The translations under genes and the position numbers were made by a program. Below are positions 47,362-60,008 of a stretch of 64,000 bases of DNA, piece after piece; position 1 is the stretch's first letter, and each line of letters starts with the position of its first letter. The notes under the pieces were generated by a model. That model did not search any database. It worked only from the letters and a program-made list of their open reading frames with translations, and was not told the origin of the DNA. Source of the stretch: Hyphomicrobiales bacterium (lineage in GTDB: Bacteria > Pseudomonadota > Alphaproteobacteria > Rhizobiales > Beijerinckiaceae); assembly GCA_027484655.1 (NCBI GenBank), contig JAIXSM010000002.1, positions 18,249 to 82,248 of the forward strand, read 5' to 3'.

Positions 47362-48219
47362 ATGACGGTCAGACGGATGTGGGTCAGAGGGGTTGCGTTG
47401 AAGGTCTTGCTGACGGCCGCCCTGGCGCTCGCGTGCCTCGCTCCCGCCCCTGCGGGCGCGCAGCAGGAGGCCGGCGCGTCGTCGTGGGCCGTCTCGCCCA
47501 AATCCCGGGCGCGCCTCATCAGCTCCGGCCCGGCTCAAGAGGGCGTCTACGCGGCCGGCGTCGAGATTTTGCTTCAGGGCGAGGCGCTCACGTACTGGCG
47601 CAATCCCGGCGATGCCGGCGTTCCGCCGAGCTTTGATTTCGCAGCGTCCGCCAATCTCGCCGCCGCCGAGGTCACATACCCCGCGCCCGAGCGCCATGAT
47701 GAGGGCGGCGCGCAGGCGTTCGGCTGGCGCAAGACCGTGGTGTTCCCGATTACGGTGCGCCCGGCGGATCCCGCCCGCCCGGTCACCCTCGACCTGATGT
47801 TCCGCTACGCCGCCTGCGAGGCGATTTGCGTCCCATCCGAAGGTCGGATGCGCCTGACGCTGTCGCCGAAAGATCCTGTGCACCGGCACGCCGAGCGCAT
47901 CGCCGCCTGGCGCGCGCGCGCGCCGCGGCTCGCGGCGACTGTGGGCGTGGGCTTCGACGTGCGGCAGATCAGCAGCGCCGCCAAGCCCGCGTGGAGCGTG
48001 CGCGTCGCGCCCCAGCCCGGGGACGGCGCCGATCTTTTCGCGGAGGGGCCGGAGGGCTGGTTCTTCGACACGAAGGCGGTGGACGGGGCGTTCGAGGTGC
48101 ATCTGGCGGAAAAACCCGCCAATTCGGTAGGCCCTGCGGCTGTGCGCCTGACGTTGACGCGGCCCGGCGGAGCCGTGGAGTACGAAACGAAGCTCGACGC
48201 CGGGGGAGACGCGCACTAA
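47362..48219 (+). CDS. DsbD N-terminal-domain (DsbC-family) periplasmic protein
   Basis: Signal peptide, TYWRNPGDAGVPP.FD, YAACEAICVP. Confidence 0.88.
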   Translation: MTVRRMWVRGVALKVLLTAALALACLAPAPAGAQQEAGASSWAVSPKSRARLISSGPAQEGVYAAGVEILLQGEALTYWRNPGDAGVPPSFDFAASANLAAAEVTYPAPERHDEGGAQAFGWRKTVVFPITVRPADPARPVTLDLMFRYAACEAICVPSEGRMRLTLSPKDPVHRHAERIAAWRARAPRLAATVGVGFDVRQISSAAKPAWSVRVAPQPGDGADLFAEGPEGWFFDTKAVDGAFEVHLAEKPANSVGPAAVRLTLTRPGGAVEYETKLDAGGDAH

Positions 48220-48269
48220 GTCTGTGGCGGAGAGCCCTGCGGGCTCCGGAACATTCCAGGGAGAGTTGT

Positions 48270-48749
48270 ATGATCAAGGTCGGCGATCGTCTGCCCAGCG
48301 CCACGTTCAATGTGATGACCAGCGAAGGCCCCAAGCCCCGCACCACCGACGAAATCTTCGCCGGCAAGAAGGTCGTGCTGTTTGCGCTGCCCGGCGCTTT
48401 CACGCCCACCTGCTCGAACAACCACGTTCCCGGCTATCGCGACAACTTCGACGCGCTGAAGGCGAAGGGTGTGGACACCATCGCCGTGACGTCGGTCAAT
48501 GACGCGTTCGTCATGGGCGCGTGGCAGAAGTCGCAGAGCTGCGAAGGCAAGATCGAGTTTCTCGCCGATGGCAGCGCCAAGTTCGCCAACGCGATCGGCC
48601 TCGGCCTTGATCTTACCGAGCGCGGCATGGGCTTGCGCTCCAAGCGTTACTCCATGCTCGTCGAGGACGGGGTGGTGAAGACGCTGAACATCGAGGAAGG
48701 CCCGGGCGCTGAAGCCTCCGGCGCTGTCACGATGCTGGGTCAGGTCTGA
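48270..48749 (+). CDS. Peroxiredoxin (Prx5 type)
   Basis: KKVVLFALPGAFTPTCS..H.PGY, VNDAFVMGAW, LADG, MGLRSKRYSM. Confidence 0.95.
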   Translation: MIKVGDRLPSATFNVMTSEGPKPRTTDEIFAGKKVVLFALPGAFTPTCSNNHVPGYRDNFDALKAKGVDTIAVTSVNDAFVMGAWQKSQSCEGKIEFLADGSAKFANAIGLGLDLTERGMGLRSKRYSMLVEDGVVKTLNIEEGPGAEASGAVTMLGQV

Positions 48750-48780
48750 CGCTCGGCCTCCGCATCCGCGGACGCTCACT

Positions 48781-49275
48781 CGCCACATCCCCGGACGCCG
48801 AAGGCGATCCGGGGCCCAGAGATAGATGCCGCTGTGCCCCGGGTTCGGGCTTCGCCCGCCCCGGGAAAGTGGCGGGTGTGATTCAAGCGGGAAACACTGC
48901 GCTTCCGGCCTGTCGTGGATCCCGGCCTTCGCCGGGATGACGGCGAGGTTGGCGCCCACTGGACCCGGCAAGCAGCTGGACCGCGCGCCACCTCCCCGGA
49001 CGCCGAAGGCGATCCGGGGCCCCGCGCGCCCATTCGGCGGGATCCCACAGCGTAATGCCTGCGACGGCAAGAACGACCTTGCATCCACGGCAGGCCACGG
49101 TCTCAACATTCACCCGGTTTGCTCCACATCCCCGGACGCCGAAGGCGATCCGGGGCCCAGAGATTGCGTGCTGCGCTGGGTCCCGGGTTCGGGCTTCGCC
49201 CGCCCCGGGAAAGTGGGAGAGCGCTTCATATCTCCCCGCTGCTTCTCTCTCCCGCTATGGCGGGGGAGAGACCCC
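48781..49275. repeat. Cluster of REP-like elements (BIME-like mosaic)
   Basis: Full composite copies at 48781-48875 and 49122-49219; lone CACCTCCCCGGACGCCGAAGGCGATCCGGGGCCC at 48988-49023; GTGGATCCCGGCCTTCGCCGGGATGAC at 48915-48941; CTCTCTCCCGC..GCGGGGGAGAG hairpin near 49245-49270. Confidence 0.85.
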
Positions 49276-49345
49276 GCACACTGGCGTGCGCGTGCGCGCC
49301 CGCGTATGACGGCTGAGGTGACGGAAGCCGAGTCGCGGTGCGGGG

Positions 49346-50248
49346 ATGGACGACAAGAAAAAGCAGGAGAATGACCGCGGCATGGCGCTCTTCTACGCGT
49401 CGATGCCAGCGCTCTTCGTGCTGTTCTGGTCCACGGGCTTCATTGGCGGCAAGCTGGGGCTTCAGTCGGCCGCGCCGTTCACCTTCCTGTTGCTGCGTTT
49501 TCTCATCGTCGCGGCGGTCTTGTGGGTCGTCGCGTGGATCTGGCGCGCCCCCTGGCCGCCGCGCCGCGCCCTGCTGCCGCTGGCGATTGGCGGCGTTCTG
49601 GTTCATGCGGGCTACCTTGGCGCCACGTTCGGCGCGCTTTCTGTTGGCGTCGAGGCGGGCGTCTCGGCCCTGATGGCGGGTCTTCAGCCGGTTCTCACCG
49701 CTGTGTTCGCCGCCCCGTTTCTCGGCGAGCGCGTCACCGCGCGCCAGTGGGCGGGCCTTGCGCTGGGCTTTTTCGGCGTGACGCTCGTGGTGTGGGAAAA
49801 GCTGGGCCTTGGTCTTGGAACGCCGCTGGGCATGGGCTTCGCGTTCCTGTCGGCGGTGTTCATGACCGCCGGCACCCTGTGGCAGAAGAAGTTCGGCGGC
49901 GCCATGGACCTGCGCACCGGCTCCATCGTCCAGTTTCTGGCCTCGGCCGTGGTGGTCGCGCCGCTGGCGTGGATGGAGGGGTTCCGCGTGGAGTGGACGC
50001 CCTCCTTCGTTTTCGCGCTCGGCTGGCTTTGCCTGGTGCTGTCCGTCGGCACGATTACGATTCTGTTCGTGCTGATTCGCCGGGGCGCGGCGGCTGAAGT
50101 TGCGAGCCTGTTTTTCCTTGTGCCGCCCACGACAGCGGCGCTCGCGTGGCTGATCTTTGGCGAGCGGCTTGCGGCCATATCCCTCGCGGGAACCGTTTTC
50201 GTGGTGATCGCGGTGGCGATGGTCACGTGGAAGCCGCGCACCGCGTGA
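49346..50248 (+). CDS. DMT/EamA-family transporter
   Basis: FVLFWSTGFI, PFTFLLLRF, about 10 TMs, VASLFFLVPP. Confidence 0.92.
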   Translation: MDDKKKQENDRGMALFYASMPALFVLFWSTGFIGGKLGLQSAAPFTFLLLRFLIVAAVLWVVAWIWRAPWPPRRALLPLAIGGVLVHAGYLGATFGALSVGVEAGVSALMAGLQPVLTAVFAAPFLGERVTARQWAGLALGFFGVTLVVWEKLGLGLGTPLGMGFAFLSAVFMTAGTLWQKKFGGAMDLRTGSIVQFLASAVVVAPLAWMEGFRVEWTPSFVFALGWLCLVLSVGTITILFVLIRRGAAAEVASLFFLVPPTTAALAWLIFGERLAAISLAGTVFVVIAVAMVTWKPRTA

Positions 50249-50251
50249 CCG

Positions 50252-50986
50252 TCAGCCGCGCAGGCGTTTTGCCGCGAAAAATCCGAACACGACCAGCAGC
50301 GTGATCGCGAGGCCAAACCACGTCAGCGCATACGAGAAATGGTTGTTGGGGATCGACATCGTGGTCTGGCCGCCCTTCGGCCAGCCGCCGGGCAGGGGCG
50401 TGGCGTCGGCGTCCATCAGGAACGGTGCGACGCCCTCCAGCCGCAGAGCCGTCGCGATGGCGGCGGGATCCTTGACGTACATCACCCGCTTGTCCGGCTG
50501 GTCCGCCGGGGTGAACGGGTTGCGCGGCTCGGGCGCGCGCATCAGCCCGGTCACGTCGGTTTCGCCGGCGATCTGGCCGGAGGCGCGTCTGGCGGCGTCT
50601 CCCAGAGCCGTAGGCACGAAGCCGCGGTTGACGATGATCCGCTCGCCGGAGGGCAGCAGGAGCGGCGTCATTACGAGCCAGCCCGGCTCCAGCACGCCCG
50701 AGCCGCCCGCGTGGAACACCAGCATCTCGTGGGCGTGCTCGAAAACGCCGCGCGCGGTGACACGCAGGTACTCGTAATCAACCGGCCGGAGCTGCGACCA
50801 GCGCGCCGGCGCAGGCACAGGAACGGGCGCTGTGTGGATGCGCGCCTGCATGCGCGACAGCAGGCCCTCTTTCCATTCGAGGCGCCGCAACTGCCATGCG
50901 CCGAGCGAGACGAGGATGGCGAACGCAATGAGCGTCGCGAGTGCGGGCGCGATCAGGCCCCGCACGCGGGAGGCGGTGGCGCTCAC
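50252..50986 (-). CDS. SURF1-family cytochrome c oxidase assembly protein
   Basis: LGAWQLRRLEWK, IVNRGFVP, NNHFSYALTWFGLA; GTG start estimated. Confidence 0.93.
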   Translation of the reverse strand: MSATASRVRGLIAPALATLIAFAILVSLGAWQLRRLEWKEGLLSRMQARIHTAPVPVPAPARWSQLRPVDYEYLRVTARGVFEHAHEMLVFHAGGSGVLEPGWLVMTPLLLPSGERIIVNRGFVPTALGDAARRASGQIAGETDVTGLMRAPEPRNPFTPADQPDKRVMYVKDPAAIATALRLEGVAPFLMDADATPLPGGWPKGGQTTMSIPNNHFSYALTWFGLAITLLVVFGFFAAKRLRG

Positions 50987-51357
50987 TTGTCCTCCAGCTG
51001 GCCTTGCTCGGCCTTGTTCGAGTACTGGAGGGCGACGAGCAGCCCTTTCAGCGGCCGCAGCATCCCCAGGCACACGATGAGGGTGAGCGGCACGAAGATG
51101 ATGAGAAACAGCCAGAACGGCGGCTCAAACTTCAACATGGTCCAGAGGCCGAGGCCCATCACGACGAAGCCCGCCAGCAGCGTGACGAAGACGGCGGGGC
51201 CATCTCCTGAGTCCGCGAAGGCGAGGTCGAGCCCGCACTGCGCGCAGCTTGGGCGCACCGTCAGAAATCCGCTGAACAGGCTGCCTTCGCCACAGCGCGG
51301 GCAACGGCCCGCAAGGCCAACCGCGTAGGGCGACTGCGGCGGGTAATCGTGGGTCAT
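50983..51357 (-). CDS. DUF983-family membrane protein
   Basis: GRCPRCGEG.LF.GFL.V...C..CGLD....D.GDGPA. Confidence 0.9.
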   Translation of the reverse strand: MTHDYPPQSPYAVGLAGRCPRCGEGSLFSGFLTVRPSCAQCGLDLAFADSGDGPAVFVTLLAGFVVMGLGLWTMLKFEPPFWLFLIIFVPLTLIVCLGMLRPLKGLLVALQYSNKAEQGQLEDK

Positions 51358-51373
51358 GCGGCCTCCTGAAACG

Positions 51374-51398
51374 AAAAAGGGCGGCCCGTTGGCCGCCC
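51374..51398 (-). terminator. Intrinsic terminator after cox3
   Basis: Minus strand GGGCGGCC-AACG-GGCCGCCC-TTTTT. Confidence 0.75.
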
Positions 51399-51418
51399 CC
51401 GATCTGCGTAGTGAGCGC

Positions 51419-52282
51419 TTAGTGCGGTGCGATGACGCCGCCCCAGTTGCCCCAGATGTAGATGGCGGCGAACAGGAACAGCCACACCACGTCAACGAAG
51501 TGCCAGTACCAGGCGGCGAACTCGAAGCCGAGGTGCTGCTTGGGGGTGAAGTGCCCCGCGTAAACGCGGATGAGGCACACGATCAGGAAGATCGTGCCGA
51601 CGAACACATGGAAGCCATGGAAGCCGGTCGCGAGGTAGAAGGTTGCGCCGTAGATCGAGTTCTTGAACCCGAACGGGGCGTGCATGTACTCGTAGATCTG
51701 CACCGCGGTGAAGAGAGCGCCGAGCAGGATGGTGAGGATGAGCCCCTTCTTCACGCCCTCGCGGTCGCCATGCAGCATGGCGTGGTGCGCCCACGTGACC
51801 GTGGTGCCCGAGGTCAGCAGGATCAGCGTGTTCAGCAGCGGCAGGTGCCACGGATCAAAAACGGAGACGCCCTTGGGCGGCCACACGCCGCCGGTGTGCT
51901 CCACGCGCGCGGCCTGAATGGCCTCGTTGTAGAACAGGCTGGCGTCGAAGAACGCCCAGAACCACGCCACGAAGAACATCACCTCGGAGGCGATGAACAG
52001 AATCATGCCGTAGCGATGATGGAGCTGCACGACGCGCGTGTGGTAGCCGCTCTCGGCCTCACGCACGACATCAGTCCACCACGCAGCCATGGTGTAGAGA
52101 ATGCCGATGATGCCGGCGCCGAAAACGTACGGGCCAACCGCCATGCCGAAGATCGGCATGGCCTTCATCCAGGCGATCGCGCCCACGGCGGTCACGAACG
52201 CGGAGATGGACCCGATCAACGGCCACGGGCTCGGCTCGACCAGATGGTAGTCGTGATTGGGTTTCGCGTGGCCATCAGCCAT
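51419..52282 (-). CDS. ctaE: Cytochrome c oxidase subunit III
   Basis: [48 protein letters not shown]. Confidence 0.97.
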   Translation of the reverse strand: MADGHAKPNHDYHLVEPSPWPLIGSISAFVTAVGAIAWMKAMPIFGMAVGPYVFGAGIIGILYTMAAWWTDVVREAESGYHTRVVQLHHRYGMILFIASEVMFFVAWFWAFFDASLFYNEAIQAARVEHTGGVWPPKGVSVFDPWHLPLLNTLILLTSGTTVTWAHHAMLHGDREGVKKGLILTILLGALFTAVQIYEYMHAPFGFKNSIYGATFYLATGFHGFHVFVGTIFLIVCLIRVYAGHFTPKQHLGFEFAAWYWHFVDVVWLFLFAAIYIWGNWGGVIAPH

Positions 52283-52383
52283 TGTCTTACCTCGTCCATC
52301 CTCTGGCCGCTGAAGCGGCCGCCCTCATCCGGGCGTTTTGCCTGACGCCGACTTGCTGTCAAGCGGCGCCAGCGTTTCTGCGC

Positions 52384-52986
52384 CTAAAGGCGCGGTTTGT
52401 TATCGCTGCTCACTGCAGCGAGCGGCGAAGGGTTCTTCACCGTCATGAAGGTGTAGGAGAGCGTGACGCTGTGCATTCGCCGCAGCGTCTCCTCCTTCTC
52501 AAGCGCCGGGTCGAGGAAGAACACGACCGGCATGTCCATGCTCTCCCCCGGCTGGAGGGTCTGCTCGGTGAAGCAGAAGCAGGAAATCTTGTTGAAGAAC
52601 CCGCCGAACTGGTTGGGCGTGACGTTGAACGTCGCGATGCCAGTCTGCGGCTGGTTGGAGCGGTTCGTGACCTTGTAGAAGACCGTCGCCGTCTCGCCGT
52701 TGAGGATCCGGATGGAGCCCACTTCCGGCTCGAAGGTCCAGTTCAGGCCGGGGCCGACATTGGCGTCGAAGAGCACCCGCATGATGCGTTCGCCGCGATT
52801 CTCCGGGGCGGCCGCCGCCACCATGGGCGTGCCGCCAAAACCGGTGACACGACAGAACATCTCGTAAAGCGGCACCGCCGCAAAGCTCATGCCGAGCATG
52901 AAGCAGGCGACGCCGAACACGGACCAGGCGACGCGCCCGTGGCCGCGACTGGAAGCAGATCCGGAAGTCCCGTTGTTCTCTTGCAT
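52384..52986 (-). CDS. ctaG: Cytochrome c oxidase assembly protein CtaG/Cox11
   Basis: FAAVPLY.MFC.VTGFGGT, FNKISCFCF.EQ.L; alternative start at 53001. Confidence 0.96.
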   Translation of the reverse strand: MQENNGTSGSASSRGHGRVAWSVFGVACFMLGMSFAAVPLYEMFCRVTGFGGTPMVAAAAPENRGERIMRVLFDANVGPGLNWTFEPEVGSIRILNGETATVFYKVTNRSNQPQTGIATFNVTPNQFGGFFNKISCFCFTEQTLQPGESMDMPVVFFLDPALEKEETLRRMHSVTLSYTFMTVKNPSPLAAVSSDNKPRL

Positions 52987-52997
52987 CGACACGCCTC

Positions 52998-53186
52998 TCA
53001 TATCGACGGGCGGATGACGACGCCCAGCCCGAGTTTGGTGACCGTTACGACGTAGAAAAGCACGATGAGAAACACGATCCCCAGAGCGATCGCGACGTTG
53101 CGTGACCGGCGGCTCTTGGCCTCTTCCGGGGTGAGGGGGCGGGGAAACTCGCCTTGGGGAGTGGTCACGGGGCGCTCCTGTCTCAA
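52998..53186 (-). CDS. Small membrane protein of the cox operon (CoxF-like)
   Basis: RR.RNVAIAL followed by one TM; located between ctaB and ctaG. Confidence 0.75.
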   Translation of the reverse strand: MRQERPVTTPQGEFPRPLTPEEAKSRRSRNVAIALGIVFLIVLFYVVTVTKLGLGVVIRPSI

Positions 53187-54139
53187 CCGATCAGACGGGC
53201 GGCGAACCGCGCCACGGCGGCGGCGGGACCGTTTTCGATCACGATCACCAGGAACAGCGCGAACAGATACAGGATCGAGAAGCCAAACAGCGACATGGTC
53301 GCCTTGCGAGCCTCAGGGCCCTGCGTGTCGCGCAGCACGCGCCATGCATACCAGATCATCCCTGCGCCGCCGATGACGGACAGCACGCCGTAGACGATGG
53401 AGGCGAAGCCCATGAGCCACGGCAGCGCGCCCACAGGCGCGAGGATCACCGAGTATGCAAGGATTTCCTTGCGCGTGCGGGCGTCACCCTTGGCGTTTGG
53501 CATCATCGGCACGCCGGCGCGGGCGTATTCCTCGCTCTTGGCGAGCGCCAGCGCCCAGAAGTGCGGCGGCGTCCAGATGAAAATGATCGCGAAGAGAACG
53601 ATGGGCTCGATCGCCATCCCGCCGGTCGCGGCCGCATAACCAACGACAGGGGGAAATGCGCCCGCCGCGCCGCCGATGACAATGTTCTGCGGCGTCCAGC
53701 GCTTCAGCCACATGGTGTAGATCACCGCATAGAAGAAGATCGTGAACGCCAGCAGCGCTGCGGCCAGCCAGTTCGACACCACGCCCAGCGTGAACACCGA
53801 TAGCACCGAGAGCACGAGCCCGAACGCCAGCGCCTCGCCCGCGGTCACGCGGCCAGAGGGCACCGGCCGCGATTTCGTGCGCGACATCAGCGCGTCAATG
53901 TCCGCGTCGTACCACATGTTCAGCGCGCCGGAGGCGCCGGCGCCCACAGCAATGGCGAGCAGCGACGCAAACCCCAGCACAGGGTGTGTCGGCGTGGGGG
54001 CCAGCATGATGCCCGCGAGAGCGGTGAGCACCACAAGCGACATCACGCGTGGCTTGAGCAGCGCGAAAAAGTCACGCGGTTCCGCCAGCGAAACTCGCGC
54101 GTTCTGCGGCATCTCGTTTTGTCCGGCGACGAAGCTCAT
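53183..54139 (-). CDS. ctaB: Heme o synthase (protoheme IX farnesyltransferase)
   Basis: [48 protein letters not shown]. Confidence 0.97.
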   Translation of the reverse strand: MSFVAGQNEMPQNARVSLAEPRDFFALLKPRVMSLVVLTALAGIMLAPTPTHPVLGFASLLAIAVGAGASGALNMWYDADIDALMSRTKSRPVPSGRVTAGEALAFGLVLSVLSVFTLGVVSNWLAAALLAFTIFFYAVIYTMWLKRWTPQNIVIGGAAGAFPPVVGYAAATGGMAIEPIVLFAIIFIWTPPHFWALALAKSEEYARAGVPMMPNAKGDARTRKEILAYSVILAPVGALPWLMGFASIVYGVLSVIGGAGMIWYAWRVLRDTQGPEARKATMSLFGFSILYLFALFLVIVIENGPAAAVARFAARLIG

Positions 54140-54280
54140 GGATCGGTTCGACCTGCTGCTGGTGTGTGGGAGGGCGCCGCGCGAGACGTTCGCGCTATCC
54201 CTCGCGGAGCCCTCGTTGGAAAAGCGCTCGCGGCGCTTCTCGAAGGAAGGCTCCGGCGGCCGTAGCCGCCGGAGAAGCGA

Positions 54281-56883
<2,603 letters not shown>

Positions 56884-57200
56884 TGAAATCGTCGCTCCCG
56901 CTCGCCTTCTTCCGTCAGCGGCGCCCTCGGCGCCCCATGTGCGGCCGCTGGGCACGGGCCGCCTGTTTCCGTTCCAATCATAAAGCCGCCATGAGCGCAA
57001 CACGGCCCTTCGGCGGGATCTATGCGGCATAAGGGCGCGTAAACCGCGCGGCCCCGACTCATCCCCAAAGCTATTTGCCAATTCCCTGTGTCGTTCGCTA
57101 ACTGGAGATTGTGAGTCGGCCTGCGGCAGGGTGTCTGGCGGAGGAAGCGCGCCCGCGTGATTGCGGGAGCGAGGGGTCGGCGCAGCGCCACGGAGGAGAC

Positions 57201-57731
57201 ATGCGTATGCTCCAGCAGATTTCGCCCCGCATCAGGGCCCGCATCTCTGCGGTATGCCTCGGCGTCGCTGCGGTCGTCGTCGGGGCGGTCCCGGGCGAGG
57301 CGCAGGTTCAGGTGCGCGGCAAGCACGGCGACTGGGAGATGCGTTGCGAGACGCCCCCGGGGGCCAGCCGCGAACAGTGCGCGATCATCCAGTCGGTGGC
57401 CGCCGACGACAAGCCGAACCTGAACCTGGTGGTCATCGTGCTGAAGACTGCGGACGCAAAGTCACGTCTGCTTCGCGTGATAGCCCCGCTGGGCGTGCTG
57501 CTGCCCGCCGGGCTCGGCCTCAATATCGACGGCGCGGACAAGGGGCGCGCCGGGTTCGTCCGGTGCCTGCCGTCCGGCTGCGTGGCTGAGGTCGTGATGG
57601 ACGACAAGCTGCTCGAGGAGCTGCGTGCGGGGCGCACCGCCACGTTCATCGTGTTCGAAACGCCGGAGCAGGGGACCGGAATTCCGCTCACCCTCACCGG
57701 GTTCCGCGACGGGTTCGAGCGGCTGCCCTGA
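57201..57731 (+). CDS. Invasion-associated locus B (IalB) family protein
   Basis: Signal peptide, HGDW...C, LRV.APLGVLLP.GL.L.ID, F.RCLP.GC.AE, L.GF..G. Confidence 0.9.
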   Translation: MRMLQQISPRIRARISAVCLGVAAVVVGAVPGEAQVQVRGKHGDWEMRCETPPGASREQCAIIQSVAADDKPNLNLVVIVLKTADAKSRLLRVIAPLGVLLPAGLGLNIDGADKGRAGFVRCLPSGCVAEVVMDDKLLEELRAGRTATFIVFETPEQGTGIPLTLTGFRDGFERLP

Positions 57732-57825
57732 CGAAGCGGGCGGCGAATGGCTGGCGCGCGCCGCGCTGGTGGTTTAGGTTCCGGCCTCCGTTGGCGGGCC
57801 GCCTCGGCATGGCATGGAGTATGAC

Positions 57826-58494
57826 ATGAGTGGGTTGAATGGGTTGGGCATCGCGGGCGCAGGGCGCGCCGGCGCCGTGGCTGCGGCTTGCGTGCTGCTG
57901 AGCGGATGCGGCGCCGCGAGTCTCGGGTCGCTCTGGGGCTCATCCCCGTCGGCGTCGACGCCTGCTCCCGTCACAGCCGCCCCTGCGGCTCAGGCGGCGG
58001 GCGGCTCAGGCGCCGCGGCGCTGCTTGGCGGCGGCGGCCCGTTCGACCGTCGCGAGCTGAGCTGCCCATACGTGGATGTGCGCGAAGGGGCGGCCGCCCA
58101 CCGGGTGTACGCCGGCCAGCCGGCCAACTCCGCCGTCCGGCACCAGTTCTCCATCGCCGACGTGGCCCGCGAGTGCCGCGTGGTCGGCGATCAGCTTGTC
58201 ATCAAGGTGGGAATCGAGGGGCGGGTTCTGCTTGGCCCGGCCGGCGCGCCGTCGTCGTTCACGGTTCCTGTCTCCGTCGCGGTGCGCAACGAGGCGAATG
58301 GGCAGTTCGTCGTCAACCGCGCCTACCGTGTGGCGGCGACCATTCCGTCGGGCGCCTCGAACACCACGTTCAGTCTGGTCACGGAAGAATTATCCGTTCC
58401 GTTCAAGAGCCTAGCCGCCATCGAGGACTACCAGGTCTTCGTCGGTTTCGACGGCGCGTCGAGTGCAGCCGGTTCCGACCGGAGGCGTCGCTGA
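57826..58494 (+). CDS. Conserved hypothetical lipoprotein
   Basis: Lipobox LLSGC; CP.V.VR.G, RECR, G.EGRV.LGPAG. Confidence 0.8.
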   Translation: MSGLNGLGIAGAGRAGAVAAACVLLSGCGAASLGSLWGSSPSASTPAPVTAAPAAQAAGGSGAAALLGGGGPFDRRELSCPYVDVREGAAAHRVYAGQPANSAVRHQFSIADVARECRVVGDQLVIKVGIEGRVLLGPAGAPSSFTVPVSVAVRNEANGQFVVNRAYRVAATIPSGASNTTFSLVTEELSVPFKSLAAIEDYQVFVGFDGASSAAGSDRRRR

Positions 58495-58575
58495 GCCCAG
58501 GGGCTTGTGGGCAGCGCCCCACGGAGCCTTGACTTCCCACAGGCGGGACTTACCTTCCCGTCTGTCAGACAAAGA

Positions 58576-58786
58576 CCCACAGCGGAAGAGACCGGCGCTT
58601 GCGCCGGCGCCGAAGGCGCAACCGCCCCGGAAACGCTCAGGCAAACGGACCGCCGTGGGATGACACTCTGGAAAGCGGCCTCCATCGCAGGATGGCGGCC
58701 CACCGACGGGCGTAACCACGCAGGCTGATTCGCATTCGCGAATGGTGGGCGTGGGAAATCTCTCAGGTCACGGGACAGAGGGGGCG
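58576..58786 (+). promoter_or_regulatory. Tandem glycine riboswitch
   Basis: Aptamer 1 (58576-58659): GGAAGAGA..CGCCGAAGGCGCAA..GCTCAGGCAAACGGACCG; aptamer 2 (58666-58781): CTCTGGAAAG..CACCGACGG..CTCTCAGG..GGGACAGAG; upstream of gcvT. Confidence 0.95.
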
Positions 58787-58841
58787 CAATTCGCAACCGG
58801 CGATGGCCGGCGGCGGAGAAGCGTCTCTCATCCGGTGACCC

Positions 58842-59996
58842 ATGGCAGAAGATTTATCGACCGCATCCCCAGTCCAGACCCTTCTGCGCACTCCGTTTCA
58901 CGATCTGCATCAGGAGCTTGGCGCCCGCATGGCGCCATTTGCGGGCTACGACATGCCCGTGCAGTACCCTGAGGGGATCGTCGCGGAGCACACGTGGACG
59001 CGGGAAAACGCCGGACTCTTCGATGTGTCCCACATGGGGCAGGCGGTGCTGGAGGGGCCCGGCGCGGCCGCCGCGCTCGAAACCCTCGTGGCGGCGGAGA
59101 TCGTCGGCCTGCCGGAGCGGCGCACGCGTTACACCCAGTTCCTGAATGATGACGGCGGCATTCTTGATGATCTGATGGTCACGCGCCTGCCCGCGCGCGC
59201 GCCGGGCGAGGACTGCCTGTTTCTGGTCGTCAACGCGGCGTGCAAGGAGGCGGATTTCGCCCTGCTGCGCGAGCGTTTGCCTCATCTTGGCCTCACGGTC
59301 CTGTCGGACCGCGCGCTGATCGCCCTGCAGGGACCGAAGGCCGTCGAGGTCATCGCGGCGGCGGGCTGGCCGGGAGTCGCCGCGCTTCCTTTCATGGGGT
59401 GGGCGAGCGCTGGAGCCTCCGGCGGCCCTGGCGCGGATCTCTGGTTCTCGCGCTCGGGCTACACCGGGGAGGACGGGTTTGAGATCTCGGCCGGCCCGGA
59501 CATGGCCGCAAGCCTTGCGCATCGCCTCCTGAAGGACGCCCGCGTGAAGCCCATTGGTCTGGGCGCGCGCGATTCGCTGCGGCTTGAGGCGGGCCTTTGC
59601 CTCTACGGCCACGACATCGACGAGGCGACATCGCCGGTGGAGGCGGGGCTTTCATGGTCCATCGGCAAGCGTCGGCGGACGGAGGGCGGTTTTCCCGGCT
59701 TTGAGCGCATCGCCCGCGAACTGCGCGACGGTCCCGCCCGCAAGCGCGTGGGCTTGCTGCTCGAGGGGCGCCAGCCCGCCCGCGAGGGGGCGGAGATCAT
59801 CGACGCCGCGGGCGCCGCAGTTGGTCGCGTCACGTCTGGCGGCTTCGCGCCAAGCCTCGGACGCGCCATCGCCATGGGTTACGTGGCCGCTGGCTGCGCT
59901 GCGCCCGGCGCCGCGCTGTCGGCGGTTGTGCGCGGCAAGCCGCTCCCGGCGCGCGTTGTCCCCTTGCCGTTTGTCCCCAACAAATTCGTTCGCTGA
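58842..59996 (+). CDS. gcvT: Glycine cleavage system aminomethyltransferase T
   Basis: LRTPFHDLH, FAGYDMPVQY, LFDVSHMGQ, SRSGYTGEDGFEI, GLGARDSLRLEAG. Confidence 0.98.
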   Translation: MAEDLSTASPVQTLLRTPFHDLHQELGARMAPFAGYDMPVQYPEGIVAEHTWTRENAGLFDVSHMGQAVLEGPGAAAALETLVAAEIVGLPERRTRYTQFLNDDGGILDDLMVTRLPARAPGEDCLFLVVNAACKEADFALLRERLPHLGLTVLSDRALIALQGPKAVEVIAAAGWPGVAALPFMGWASAGASGGPGADLWFSRSGYTGEDGFEISAGPDMAASLAHRLLKDARVKPIGLGARDSLRLEAGLCLYGHDIDEATSPVEAGLSWSIGKRRRTEGGFPGFERIARELRDGPARKRVGLLLEGRQPAREGAEIIDAAGAAVGRVTSGGFAPSLGRAIAMGYVAAGCAAPGAALSAVVRGKPLPARVVPLPFVPNKFVR

Positions 59997-60008
59997 CAGG
60001 AGCTTCCC

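Noticed and set aside
48781-49219. Three copies of a ~34-bp palindromic repeat as a CRISPR array
   Set aside because: Spacing is irregular (about 205 and 135 nt), other repeat types are interleaved, related copies are dispersed at 39.1 and 41.3 kb, and no cas genes are present.
48216-49374. ORFs 48216-49109 and 48826-49374
   Set aside because: They are translations of REP repeats and of the antisense peroxiredoxin gene.
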